Position numbers and translations under genes: made by a program. Positions 1 to 8,942 of a DNA stretch of 61,659 nt are shown piece after piece. Position 1 is the stretch's first letter. Each line of letters begins with the position of its first letter. The DNA comes from an uncultured Thermoplasmatales archaeon (GTDB taxonomy: Archaea > Thermoplasmatota > Thermoplasmata > Thermoplasmatales > GCA-001856825): the NCBI GenBank assembly GCA_964389625.1, contig CAYMEF010000002.1:1-61659 (forward strand), given 5' to 3'. The notes under the pieces are model-generated. The model did not search any database, was not told the origin of the DNA, and saw only the letters and a program-made list of their open reading frames with translations.

Positions 1-518
1 GAAGCGCGGACATGAAGAAGTTTACTGCTTACGTAAACAAGGAAGGACTGAACATCCTAGACATAAAGAAGATAGACGAACGGATAAAGACAGCTGCAAA
101 GTTCCTATCAAGGTTCGAACCCAACGGTATAGTATTCGTTGCCTCGAGGGAGTATGCAAAGAAACCGGTCAGGGCATCTGCGACTGCTCTCGGAGCGAGG
201 ATGATGACGGACAGGTTCATCCCTGGTTCCTTCACCAATCCTTCGATTTCTGGGTACATCGAACCGGACGTTGTTGTCATCAACGATCCCGCAACGGACA
301 ACCAGGCGCAGAGGGAAGCAATCATAAACGGGATACCTGTGGTAGCACTGTGTCACACGAACAACAGCACATCTTTCATTGATCTGGTGATCCCAGGAAA
401 CAACAAGGGTAGGGAGAGCCTGGCACTTATCTACTACCTTCTTACGAAGGGTATACTGACGCAGAACGGAAAGGATGCGTCGCAGCTGAAGCAGGAAGAT
501 TTCCTGGCGGAGCTCTAA
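1..518 (+). CDS. rps2: 30S ribosomal protein uS2 (archaeal/eukaryotic type), 5' end cut by the window edge
   Basis: ORF 12..518 stays open back to base 3. 'DRFIPGSFTNP' and 'VVVINDP...IPVVALCHTN' are archaeal uS2 blocks. TAA stop is followed by a T7 tract. Confidence 0.85.
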   Translation, partial: SADMKKFTAYVNKEGLNILDIKKIDERIKTAAKFLSRFEPNGIVFVASREYAKKPVRASATALGARMMTDRFIPGSFTNPSISGYIEPDVVVINDPATDNQAQREAIINGIPVVALCHTNNSTSFIDLVIPGNNKGRESLALIYYLLTKGILTQNGKDASQLKQEDFLAEL

Positions 519-540
519 TCTTTTTTTCATTTCTCTCTTT
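519..540 (+). terminator. oligo-T tract downstream of rps2 (archaeal-type terminator candidate)
   Basis: 'tctttttttcatttctctcttt' lies directly after the stop codon. Confidence 0.35.
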
Positions 541-658
541 AGTCAAGCAGCTCCAGGGCCATGGACTCGAGGATGGCGTGAGTATTGAATCCCGGTGAGC
601 GTGGTCACTGTCAAAATTGTGAAAACATAATTTACCACTCTGCTATAGCTAAACAGCG

Positions 659-1471
659 ATGTCGACTAGAAGACCATATGTCAGCGGACATTTCTACCCT
701 TCGGACCCAAAGGAATTAAAGGACAAGATCGAGTGGTCGTTCACGCACTGGAATGGGCCGGGGTATATACCAGAAGTCAAGTCTGTCGAGCCGGAAAGAG
801 GCATAGTTGCACCACATGCAGGTTATGACTATAGCGGACCAGTGGCCGCATTTGCATTTGCCGCGCTGGCGAGTTCAGGGAGGTACGACTACTTCGTTGT
901 CATCGGCCCCAACCACACCGGTCGTGGATCTCCCATATCGATTGGGGACCAGGACTACGTGACCCCTCTTGGACGGGCAAAGATAAACGTGACTGCACTG
1001 GAGGAGTTGAGAGACGATGTTGTAGTGGTAGACAATGATGCACACTCACAGGAACACTCCGTTGAGGTCGAGATCCCCTTCCTTCAGTTCATCTATGGCG
1101 ATGTCGAGATTCTGCCAGTTGTGATGATGGATCAGAGTCAGGAGGCTGCGGAACACCTGGCTTCTAGGTTGAAGAAACTCAGCGGAAACTTCGCCGTGAT
1201 CGCCAGTTCGGATCTCAATCACTATCTAGAGCTTCAACAACTGAAGCGATTGGATGCATACTTTTCAAGGGCCGTACTGAACAGGGATACCAAAACGATA
1301 TACAGGTACGAATATTCTGGGGAGATGAGCGCGTGCGGTTTTGGTCCTATAGTGACTCTCCTTTCAACCAACTCTGGCAAGGTAGATCTACTAAAACTCT
1401 CGAATTCAATAGAGATGACCGGTGATGAAACTGGAGTTGGCTATGCATCGTTCAGTGTTCAGAGGGTCTAA
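659..1471 (+). CDS. MEMO1 / AmmeMemoRadiSam system protein B family protein
   Basis: Motifs 'APHAGYDYSG', 'GPNHTG' and 'EHSVEVEIPFLQ' are present. The size (270 aa) and the position next to rps2 are typical for archaea. Confidence 0.8.
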   Translation: MSTRRPYVSGHFYPSDPKELKDKIEWSFTHWNGPGYIPEVKSVEPERGIVAPHAGYDYSGPVAAFAFAALASSGRYDYFVVIGPNHTGRGSPISIGDQDYVTPLGRAKINVTALEELRDDVVVVDNDAHSQEHSVEVEIPFLQFIYGDVEILPVVMMDQSQEAAEHLASRLKKLSGNFAVIASSDLNHYLELQQLKRLDAYFSRAVLNRDTKTIYRYEYSGEMSACGFGPIVTLLSTNSGKVDLLKLSNSIEMTGDETGVGYASFSVQRV

Positions 1472-2361
1472 ATAGTTGTCGCCCTGTAATTACCTGCAAT
1501 AGCTACAACTTTCCTTCTAAAACAAAAATCGTTATAGGTGAGCCAGAGATCGAAAACGGCAGTATCTCCAGTATGAATGGTTGCATCCGGCCCTGGAATG
1601 GGATGATAGCTAAACGGGTATAGAGGAGTGGTGAGATAAAGGCTTCTGTGCCTGTAGCCTTCAAGTGATTTCGATACTTCCTCCGTTGTTCCCCCCTCGA
1701 TAAATTTCTGCTTCACCAACTCGACACCCTCGATGCTCTTCTTGTAGCCTTCTAGGTACTGCTCCTCGCTTGCTGCGATGAAGGAGTTGCTGTAAAGGAC
1801 AGTCATTCCCTTAACTCTCGCTGCCACTTCGATGTACATTATTTTCTTCAGGGTGACGTCTCCCGGTTTGTTCCATATCTCCTTGGTATTCTCGTCGAAG
1901 GAGACGATCGGTTGGTAGTAGAGATGGAAACCTTGACCACAGAGCCTATTTCTTATCAGCTCCGATACATCCCTCTCTGTATCCTCCTTCCCGATCTCCG
2001 AGGATATTTTGTCCATCTGATTAGACAGTCTGGTTCGTTGTTCAATCAAGAACTTTCTCTCCCCATACAAGGGGTATATAAACCAGTCGTCCGTCGCGGA
2101 TTTGCTCCTCTCTCCTATCCTAGACTGGAAGTAGGGTGGCACTATACGAAAGTTCTTGGAGTCTATCCTTTGGAAGTTGGGATCGATTTCTGCTTCTCCT
2201 ACGAGGACTATTGAACCTGCGAATATTATGACGGAGTCCGCTCTTTCGTCATCAGAGAAGTATTCAAATAGAGGGTTTTCCCTGAAGAGGATAACGTTGT
2301 CTTCTATAGATCCGATGACTCTAGCCCTTGCTGCCCTTGAATCACTTAGAGGGTCGTTCAT
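1468..2361 (-). CDS. hypothetical protein (~297 aa), translationally coupled to the upstream CocE/NonD hydrolase
   Basis: Long ORF. The ATG at 2361 (MNDPLSD...) overlaps the upstream gene's stop by 20 nt. The longer start at 2421 would sit deep inside the neighbouring gene. No motif recognised. Confidence 0.5.
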   Translation of the reverse strand: MNDPLSDSRAARARVIGSIEDNVILFRENPLFEYFSDDERADSVIIFAGSIVLVGEAEIDPNFQRIDSKNFRIVPPYFQSRIGERSKSATDDWFIYPLYGERKFLIEQRTRLSNQMDKISSEIGKEDTERDVSELIRNRLCGQGFHLYYQPIVSFDENTKEIWNKPGDVTLKKIMYIEVAARVKGMTVLYSNSFIAASEEQYLEGYKKSIEGVELVKQKFIEGGTTEEVSKSLEGYRHRSLYLTTPLYPFSYHPIPGPDATIHTGDTAVFDLWLTYNDFCFRRKVVAIAGNYRATTI

Positions 2362-3994
2362 ACTCGAAGAAGGAGAAGCTTGAGGGGTGAACTCTCGTGT
2401 GCAGTACCTTTGTGTTCGCAACCATCATTGAGGAGTCGTTTGCGAGATCGAGACCCGTGTTGAGGTTCCTGGAGTACTTTGGGAATGCCGCGGAGGACAC
2501 ATGGAATCTTATCCTGTGGCCCTCCAGGAAAGTGTGACCCGTGTTCCACATATCTACGCTTATTTCGTTCACCTTTCCTTTTTCCAGCGGAATCGATCTC
2601 TCCATTCCATAACGGTAGCGGCCTCTGGTCATGCCATCGCACAACCTCTGGGAATATCCGTTCGGCCAGACGTCAAGGAGCATCGTCATAATGTCAGTGT
2701 CGCTCACGTCTGTCTCAATGAAAACTCTGGCACGCACGGAACCGAGGAAGGTGATCTTCTTTTCCAGCGGACCTGAGGTGTAGACCAAAACGTCATCTCG
2801 CCTCTCAATAGACGAGTAGTTGTCGGGTCCACCGATCTGGGCTGAAGTGATCTCAGTAGCAAATGGAGTTGGGTCGGAGGGATCATAACTGTATTCGTCC
2901 ATCCCCTCCTTGATTTCGTCAACAGACTTCACCAACGCGCCATCCCCCAACCGACTATTAGCTCTCCCTCCGCTCGATAGATATAGCTTCGAGGGCGCCG
3001 CACCACGAGGCGGCCAGTCGTCGAATTCAGACCACTCGTTATTTCCCATGATGAACACTCTTGCTCTCCTCCCAATTACTGTGGACTCGTCAACCAACCA
3101 TTTCCTGAACCAGTTAAGCTGGATGGAATCGAGATCCACGATTGCCGCAGTACCGAAATCCACCTCTCCAAGTCTAGAAGTGGAGTTTACGTTGTGCCCC
3201 CACGGACCGATTAGAATTGCCTGATTCTCCCGAGATCGTTCGGACGCAGAAGAAGTTCTCATTCCAGCGTAATTGATGAAAGTACCGACCTGTTCATCGT
3301 CGTACCATCCGGAGATGTGGAGGGTGGGTACGTCTATACTATCGAACTTTCTTTGATAGCTGATCCTGTCCCAGTAGGAATCAAAAGTCTGATGCTTTTC
3401 ATCCTCTTCCCAGTCCGGGAAGTTCAGACCCAAAGTTCTCGGCATTTCGCTAGACGGAAGGGTCCTGTAGACTCTCTCCCAGTCGATATCATTGACGTCC
3501 TTGAGAGTTCTTCCACTAACTATGTATCTCCACGATATGTGCATCGGGTCGTGCACGCCAGTAGGGCTCTCGACAAAGGGGTCAGATGGAGAAACCCTCG
3601 ATATCATAGCAAGCAGGCCCTTCGGCCTCTGCAGAGCCGTTAGCCACTGGATTCTTGCAGAATAAGATCCTCCAAAAGTTCCAATCTTTCCGTTCGACCA
3701 CGGCTGGCTCGATACCCAGTCAATGACATCTTTTCCGTCCTTCCCATCGTTTATGTAGGGGGTGAAAACTCCCTCCGAGTCCCCCCTTCCGCGAACATCA
3801 GAATTGAGGCAGGCGAAACCGTTTGCGGAGAAGTACGTTGCAAATTTCCTGTAGTTTGAGTCGTCCCGACCATACGGTGTCCTTAAGACTATTGTTGGAA
3901 ATGGTGGTGTGGATTCAGGCAGGTAAACATCCCCGATCAAGGTCGTACCGTCTCTAGTTGGGATTTCAACATATCTGTGTATTCTGGGAGCCAC
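2342..3994 (-). CDS. CocE/NonD family hydrolase (X-Pro dipeptidyl-peptidase S15-like)
   Basis: The N-terminus 'VEIPTRDGTTLIGDVYLP...TIVLRTPYGRD', the nucleophile block 'GTFGGSYSA' and the C-terminal jelly-roll region are typical of the family. 550 aa. Confidence 0.85.
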   Translation of the reverse strand: MAPRIHRYVEIPTRDGTTLIGDVYLPESTPPFPTIVLRTPYGRDDSNYRKFATYFSANGFACLNSDVRGRGDSEGVFTPYINDGKDGKDVIDWVSSQPWSNGKIGTFGGSYSARIQWLTALQRPKGLLAMISRVSPSDPFVESPTGVHDPMHISWRYIVSGRTLKDVNDIDWERVYRTLPSSEMPRTLGLNFPDWEEDEKHQTFDSYWDRISYQRKFDSIDVPTLHISGWYDDEQVGTFINYAGMRTSSASERSRENQAILIGPWGHNVNSTSRLGEVDFGTAAIVDLDSIQLNWFRKWLVDESTVIGRRARVFIMGNNEWSEFDDWPPRGAAPSKLYLSSGGRANSRLGDGALVKSVDEIKEGMDEYSYDPSDPTPFATEITSAQIGGPDNYSSIERRDDVLVYTSGPLEKKITFLGSVRARVFIETDVSDTDIMTMLLDVWPNGYSQRLCDGMTRGRYRYGMERSIPLEKGKVNEISVDMWNTGHTFLEGHRIRFHVSSAAFPKYSRNLNTGLDLANDSSMMVANTKVLHTRVHPSSFSFFEYERPSK

Positions 3995-4119
3995 AAATTG
4001 AGAGGGCGGACAGAGATATAAATGATTATGACCAAGTCAGAGTGCAACTTTGCACCGTCATGGGCAAAAGTAGATCGAAATAGAAAGAAATCGAAGTGCT
4101 TCCTAGCACCTGTAGACCT

Positions 4120-7100
4120 CTAAGATTTTCTCTTTGTCTTTGATACCATAACAGCAACCAGAGCTAACACTATTGCAACAACAGCTACAATCACGATAAT
4201 GTACAGAACATGAATCGGAGCAGGCGTTGGCTGTTTACTGAGGGCTATTTTTAGAACAGAGAGTGATGTTTGGTTTGATGCGACGGTGACGTTGTGATAG
4301 TATGTCTTGTACCCAGGCGAGACCACCTTAATGTCATAACTCCCTGGTTGAACCGAAATATTGAAGTTTCCATTTACGGTCGTTATTGCTTGTCCGTTCA
4401 CGTAGAGTGCTGCATTGGTCGGAGTTATTGTGCCCGTCAGATATAGATGTGCCTGGACTGCTGAGAACTGAATAGACTGGTTTAACGCAAACCCTTCCAC
4501 GTTTATGATGCCCGCTTGGGGAGATACGTTGTAATTTGACGAGGAGTTCACAGAGAATGAGTAAGTGCCATTCAGCTCTTCGAACGATATAGTGGACGAA
4601 TTGGATGTCATAGATATCCCCGCCAGCGTGACGGTCCATGTCGATCCAGCCGGAAGATTGGACTCAATGAAATTCACCTGGAACAGTTCCGAAAAAGTCA
4701 CTGATTTTGTAACGGATGAACCGCTTACGGTGATGACTCCAGATGTTGGAGAAACTTCGTATCCGGTAACGTTTGAGATCTTGTATGTATAAGAGCCGTT
4801 GGTCTCTGGAAATGTAATGCTGGACTGGGTGGATGAAATCGTATTAGCACCAAGGGTCACAGACCACGATGTGCCAGAGCGCAGACCTGTCTGAGAGAAC
4901 GTGACTTCGTACCCGAGGACTTCAGAAAATGATATGAATTCGTTTACCGGTGATCCTCTGATAGTTATGGATCCCGTCTGAGGACTGATCGAGAATCCGT
5001 TCACGCTAGCAACAACGAATGTAAATGTCCCATTTGGTTCTGAAAATTCGAGATTGCTTGTCCTGGAGGAAAGCACTGTACTTGGTCCTCCATAGGGTGA
5101 AACTACCTGGACCCCGCCAGCGAGGAGATTGGAGACGTAGATGTTGTGATCTGTGGGATTGTAAGTAGGAAACAGCGGATATCCCGTCAACGCGATATTA
5201 GCAACAAGAGTATTTGTCAGCGAACTTATCACTGACAGAGAACTGGAATTTTCTTCAGCAACGTAGATGTAATGGTCGTAGGCGTTGTAGGTAATGCCAA
5301 TGGGGGAAGAATGGGCTGGCAGGGCTATAGTAGTAACGACTTTGTTTGTCGATCCGTCAATTACGAGGATGGAATCCAGGGTCTTGTCTGTGAAGTAAAG
5401 GTACCCGTTAAGAGGGTCATATACTCCAAAGTAAGCCGCACCATGTATCGTGTCTATAAGTTTTTCAGTATTGCTGCTTATGACGAAAACAGAGTCCGCC
5501 AGGGTAAGGTTGTTGAAACCTCCTATATACACGTTCCCGTTTGAGGGATCGAATACCGCTCCCGTTGCTGTTTCCCCATTTGCTCCGAGCGTAATGGTTG
5601 TCAGGATCGAGTTGGAGGTACCGTTAATAACAGATACTGAACCAGATATCGAGTTAGCTACATAGATGTTGTGGTTTGTGGAAGAGTAGGCAATTCCAAC
5701 CGGCTGTGTACCAACCGGTATCGTTGCAATAACTGTCTCTGTCGCAGTATTAATTACAGAAACGTTGTTTGAAAGAGAGTTGACAACATACACGTAACCA
5801 TTGTATGGGTCATACACGCTCGCCTCCGGAAAAGATCCAACTGATATAGAGGCGATTATCGAATCCGTCAACGGACTGATCACGAGAACGACTCCAGGGT
5901 ACTTGGTCGAGGGAGTTGAGTTGTGAAGAATCCCGGAAGCATATAGGTATCTGTTCGAGCTGTCGTAAGTTATTCCATATACATCAACATTGATCGAAGT
6001 CGTGTTGATCTGCCCTATTACCCTACCAGCATTAGTGGAGTTTGTAAGCGACACGGTCCACTGCGAGTTTGAGGAGAGCCCGGATTCTGTAAACGTGAGG
6101 TTGTATTTCGTAACAGGCACCATCACCTCAAATGAAACGTTCACGCTCTTTGGCGCTCCATTAATTGTCAAAAGACCTGCAGACGGCTTAGAGGTGAATC
6201 CTGTAGCATTTATTTCATAAGTATAAGTCCCATTTGGTTCCTGGATCACTATCGACGAGCGTATGGATGTTTCCGTTGAGTTAGAAATAGTAACAGACCA
6301 TGAGGAGCCCGTTGGAAGTCCGGTTTCATCGAATGCTATTGAATAAGTCTTCACAGCTTGAGTGAAAATCACGTTAACGGAAATATCTTTCCCCGCAACA
6401 AGCAAGGTCCCATTGTTTGGGGTAGAAGTGTAACCCGAAGCTACCATAGAGTAATGGTATGTACCGTTGGGTTCATTAATTTGAATGGTAGAATTAGATG
6501 AAAAACTGTAGGTTCCGTTCAGGGAAACATACCACAGGGTAGCCGAAGAGAGTCCGGTCTCAATGAATTTAATAGTGTAACTAGCTGCAATCGCAATCGG
6601 CACACTTCGAGCGTAACCAGAAACAGAGAATGACGAAGTGTTGGTCAAATGTGATGTAGTAGTTATGGTATAGTTGTAAGATCCGTTAGGAAGATAGGCG
6701 ACCATAGTTGCAAACGAGGAGGAATTTGAATACTCTAAAGAAAAGTTAGAATCATCTGCTGTCAAGGACCAGGTGTTTGAAGCTTTCAAACCCGTAATGG
6801 AAAAGGTCACTTGGTAGAGGTCCGGAAACTGATACACTTTGTTCTGTTCAGTTCCAGTTACGACGAATGTTGAGGAAGACGGATAGAAATAAGAATTAGA
6901 CTCCTCCACTGAATAAAAAAAGGAACCGTTTATAAGATAGGCTGTCACGCTCGAATAGGTAGATGAAGTATTGTAGTAAACCTCTGAGAAACCCGTTGAG
7001 GATGTAGTAGAGTAAACTCCTATTCCCCACATCAGTCCTGACTTCAGATTCGACTCTTCAAAGTTGACTGGCGTTAACTTAGGGAAGGCCACTGTAATGT

Positions 7101-8646
7101 TCTTTGTCGCTGTCCCCAGTGAGAAGGAGGAATAAGAGTAAACCGATTGATCTTGCTGGTACAATACTGTACTTATCGGGCTCTCAGATACGGTGTAGTT
7201 GTAATTTCCACTCGGCAGAAAGATCGATAGGTGGTTGCTGGAGGTCACGTTAGAAAATGCTGTTACGTGACCTGCAGAATATATGGTAATGCCCCAGTTC
7301 ATTCCGTCCTGAAGTCCCGTTTCAGAAACGTTCACGTTGTATGTTACTGGAAAACTTATGGGTACTGTTGCTCCCGCGGATGTTACGTTGAAATCACCAG
7401 TCACAAAATTGGAACCGCCCTCTCCCGCCGTGAAGGTATAGGAACCATTTGGCAGATCTAGGTACAAGCTAGAAGAAGTGCTATAGTTTACTGCAGACAG
7501 AGTTCCGTTCGTAGCGTAGGCAGAAACCTGCCAGTCGATGCCCGTTCTGTAACCAGATGCAGCGAACTTGACCTGAATGAGGGAAGGGAAGTTGATTGAA
7601 ACATGCTCGCTCTCACCATTCACATAAACGGCATTGGAAACGGTGAAGGATGTATTTTCTGTGGATGGCCTGTAAAAATAGGCACCGTTTGGAAGATCGA
7701 TGCTTATGTTCGCATAAGTGCTACTCTTTACGAAGAAATCATTAAAGGAAAAAACGTTCGGAGTTAATGTCTCCCCGTATATCATCCACGATGTACCGGT
7801 GTTAAGTCCGCTCTCTGTGAAAGTTACGAGATACAATGATGGAATCGACACCTGGCGAGAAATGTTCGAACCAGATACCAAGAACGAATCTGCTTCGATG
7901 ACCATAGATCCAACTCCATAAGCAAAATCGTAGTAGCCGTTTGGAACATAAACCGAAACAGTGGGAGATGTGGATGATACAGTTATTATTGTCATTCTTC
8001 CATCCGGGAGATTTGCAGCTCCATAGATGCTCCAAGAGCCGCCGGCCGTCAGTCCTGACTCACTGAAAGTCGCATTGTAAAAATGTGGAAAAGTAACCGA
8101 AACTGATTTAGTTTCATTGATGACCAATTGATAGGGACCGGTGACGGTGGAGGATGGCCCTTCATAATAGTAGTAAGTCCCAGAAGGAATGGAAGCAGTT
8201 ATTGTGGAAGAAGTGCTAGATTGTGAGAAAACCAAACCATAATTCACGCCATAGAGAGAATTATAAAGGGGGAGATCTGGAGCGGATAGCGAGAGATTTG
8301 TGTAAATGTATACACTCCATGATGTACCGGTCAATTTGTTTGTCACATCGAAAGTTACCGAATATTTTACCGGAGTATTTCCACTGGCCCCCGTAACACC
8401 GCCAGCCAATCCGCGGTTTATAAACGCAAAATTGCTGAAGCCAGATCTGAGCTGATCTGAAATTATAGCTGAAGCAGACGTATTTCCATCAAATTGCTGA
8501 TTTCTCGAAAGGGACGAATTACTGGGCGATTGATGATCACTTTGTAAAATATTGTCAGAACTTAACCCACTTACTGCAGCAGTCGAAATCAGGCTGATTA
8601 CGGCAATGAATACGAATATTGAAATCGCGATTGGCCTATATTTCAT
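4120..8646 (-). CDS. giant surface protein (1508 aa): signal peptide, 12 'VTFxESGL' modules, YVTN beta-propeller, PEGA/CarboxypepD_reg-like domain, C-terminal TM anchor
   Basis: N-terminal hydrophobic signal 'IAISIFVFIAVISLISTAAV'. Repeated 'xTFxESGLxxGxxWxV' blocks. 'YVVNSLSNNVSVIN', 'IYVANSISGSVSVIN' and similar blades. C-terminal 'VLYIIVIVAVVAIVLALVAVMV' followed by 'SKTKRKS'. Very many N-x-S/T sequons. Confidence 0.85.
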   Translation of the reverse strand: MKYRPIAISIFVFIAVISLISTAAVSGLSSDNILQSDHQSPSNSSLSRNQQFDGNTSASAIISDQLRSGFSNFAFINRGLAGGVTGASGNTPVKYSVTFDVTNKLTGTSWSVYIYTNLSLSAPDLPLYNSLYGVNYGLVFSQSSTSSTITASIPSGTYYYYEGPSSTVTGPYQLVINETKSVSVTFPHFYNATFSESGLTAGGSWSIYGAANLPDGRMTIITVSSTSPTVSVYVPNGYYDFAYGVGSMVIEADSFLVSGSNISRQVSIPSLYLVTFTESGLNTGTSWMIYGETLTPNVFSFNDFFVKSSTYANISIDLPNGAYFYRPSTENTSFTVSNAVYVNGESEHVSINFPSLIQVKFAASGYRTGIDWQVSAYATNGTLSAVNYSTSSSLYLDLPNGSYTFTAGEGGSNFVTGDFNVTSAGATVPISFPVTYNVNVSETGLQDGMNWGITIYSAGHVTAFSNVTSSNHLSIFLPSGNYNYTVSESPISTVLYQQDQSVYSYSSFSLGTATKNITVAFPKLTPVNFEESNLKSGLMWGIGVYSTTSSTGFSEVYYNTSSTYSSVTAYLINGSFFYSVEESNSYFYPSSSTFVVTGTEQNKVYQFPDLYQVTFSITGLKASNTWSLTADDSNFSLEYSNSSSFATMVAYLPNGSYNYTITTTSHLTNTSSFSVSGYARSVPIAIAASYTIKFIETGLSSATLWYVSLNGTYSFSSNSTIQINEPNGTYHYSMVASGYTSTPNNGTLLVAGKDISVNVIFTQAVKTYSIAFDETGLPTGSSWSVTISNSTETSIRSSIVIQEPNGTYTYEINATGFTSKPSAGLLTINGAPKSVNVSFEVMVPVTKYNLTFTESGLSSNSQWTVSLTNSTNAGRVIGQINTTSINVDVYGITYDSSNRYLYASGILHNSTPSTKYPGVVLVISPLTDSIIASISVGSFPEASVYDPYNGYVYVVNSLSNNVSVINTATETVIATIPVGTQPVGIAYSSTNHNIYVANSISGSVSVINGTSNSILTTITLGANGETATGAVFDPSNGNVYIGGFNNLTLADSVFVISSNTEKLIDTIHGAAYFGVYDPLNGYLYFTDKTLDSILVIDGSTNKVVTTIALPAHSSPIGITYNAYDHYIYVAEENSSSLSVISSLTNTLVANIALTGYPLFPTYNPTDHNIYVSNLLAGGVQVVSPYGGPSTVLSSRTSNLEFSEPNGTFTFVVASVNGFSISPQTGSITIRGSPVNEFISFSEVLGYEVTFSQTGLRSGTSWSVTLGANTISSTQSSITFPETNGSYTYKISNVTGYEVSPTSGVITVSGSSVTKSVTFSELFQVNFIESNLPAGSTWTVTLAGISMTSNSSTISFEELNGTYSFSVNSSSNYNVSPQAGIINVEGFALNQSIQFSAVQAHLYLTGTITPTNAALYVNGQAITTVNGNFNISVQPGSYDIKVVSPGYKTYYHNVTVASNQTSLSVLKIALSKQPTPAPIHVLYIIVIVAVVAIVLALVAVMVSKTKRKS
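5095..5990 (-). other. segment encoding a ~7-bladed YVTN-family beta-propeller, inserted inside one surface module
   Basis: About 40-aa blades with 'xxP.G(I/V).Y....(N/H).(I/V)YV.N..s..vsVI(d/n)' are repeated about 7 times. Half-modules flank the segment at about 5990-6115 and 4915-5095. Confidence 0.7.
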
Positions 8647-8942
8647 TATAAAGGATATTTTGTTGAATATTTAAGTTTGACCAAACTCGCATTTAAAAAC
8701 CCTAACTCGCTATTATTTAGGTAATATGTTAAGGTCCAGCAATTCCTTGAAAGTTGAGTAGGAGTTCCAAAATTGACTGAAAACTCGCGCACCTTTGCCT
8801 TATGTCTTAATTACGAATAATTAGGATGAAATCTCTGTTTCTGGAGAATCAGTCTAATACTTGGTGGAAATTGATTTTAATTAGACCTAATTCAGACTCA
8901 TTTGATATAAATGTTTTAATACCCTCTGGCATTGAGTGTTGA
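8647..8942. promoter_or_regulatory. AT-rich divergent promoter region between the 1508-aa and 3492-aa surface genes
   Basis: 'gatataaatg' at 8904-8913 lies ~30 nt upstream of the TTG start at 8943. 'aatatttaag' at 8666-8675 (reverse complement 'cttaaatatt') lies ~20-29 nt upstream of the minus-strand ATG at 8646. Both fit archaeal TATA spacing with short or no leader. Confidence 0.45.
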
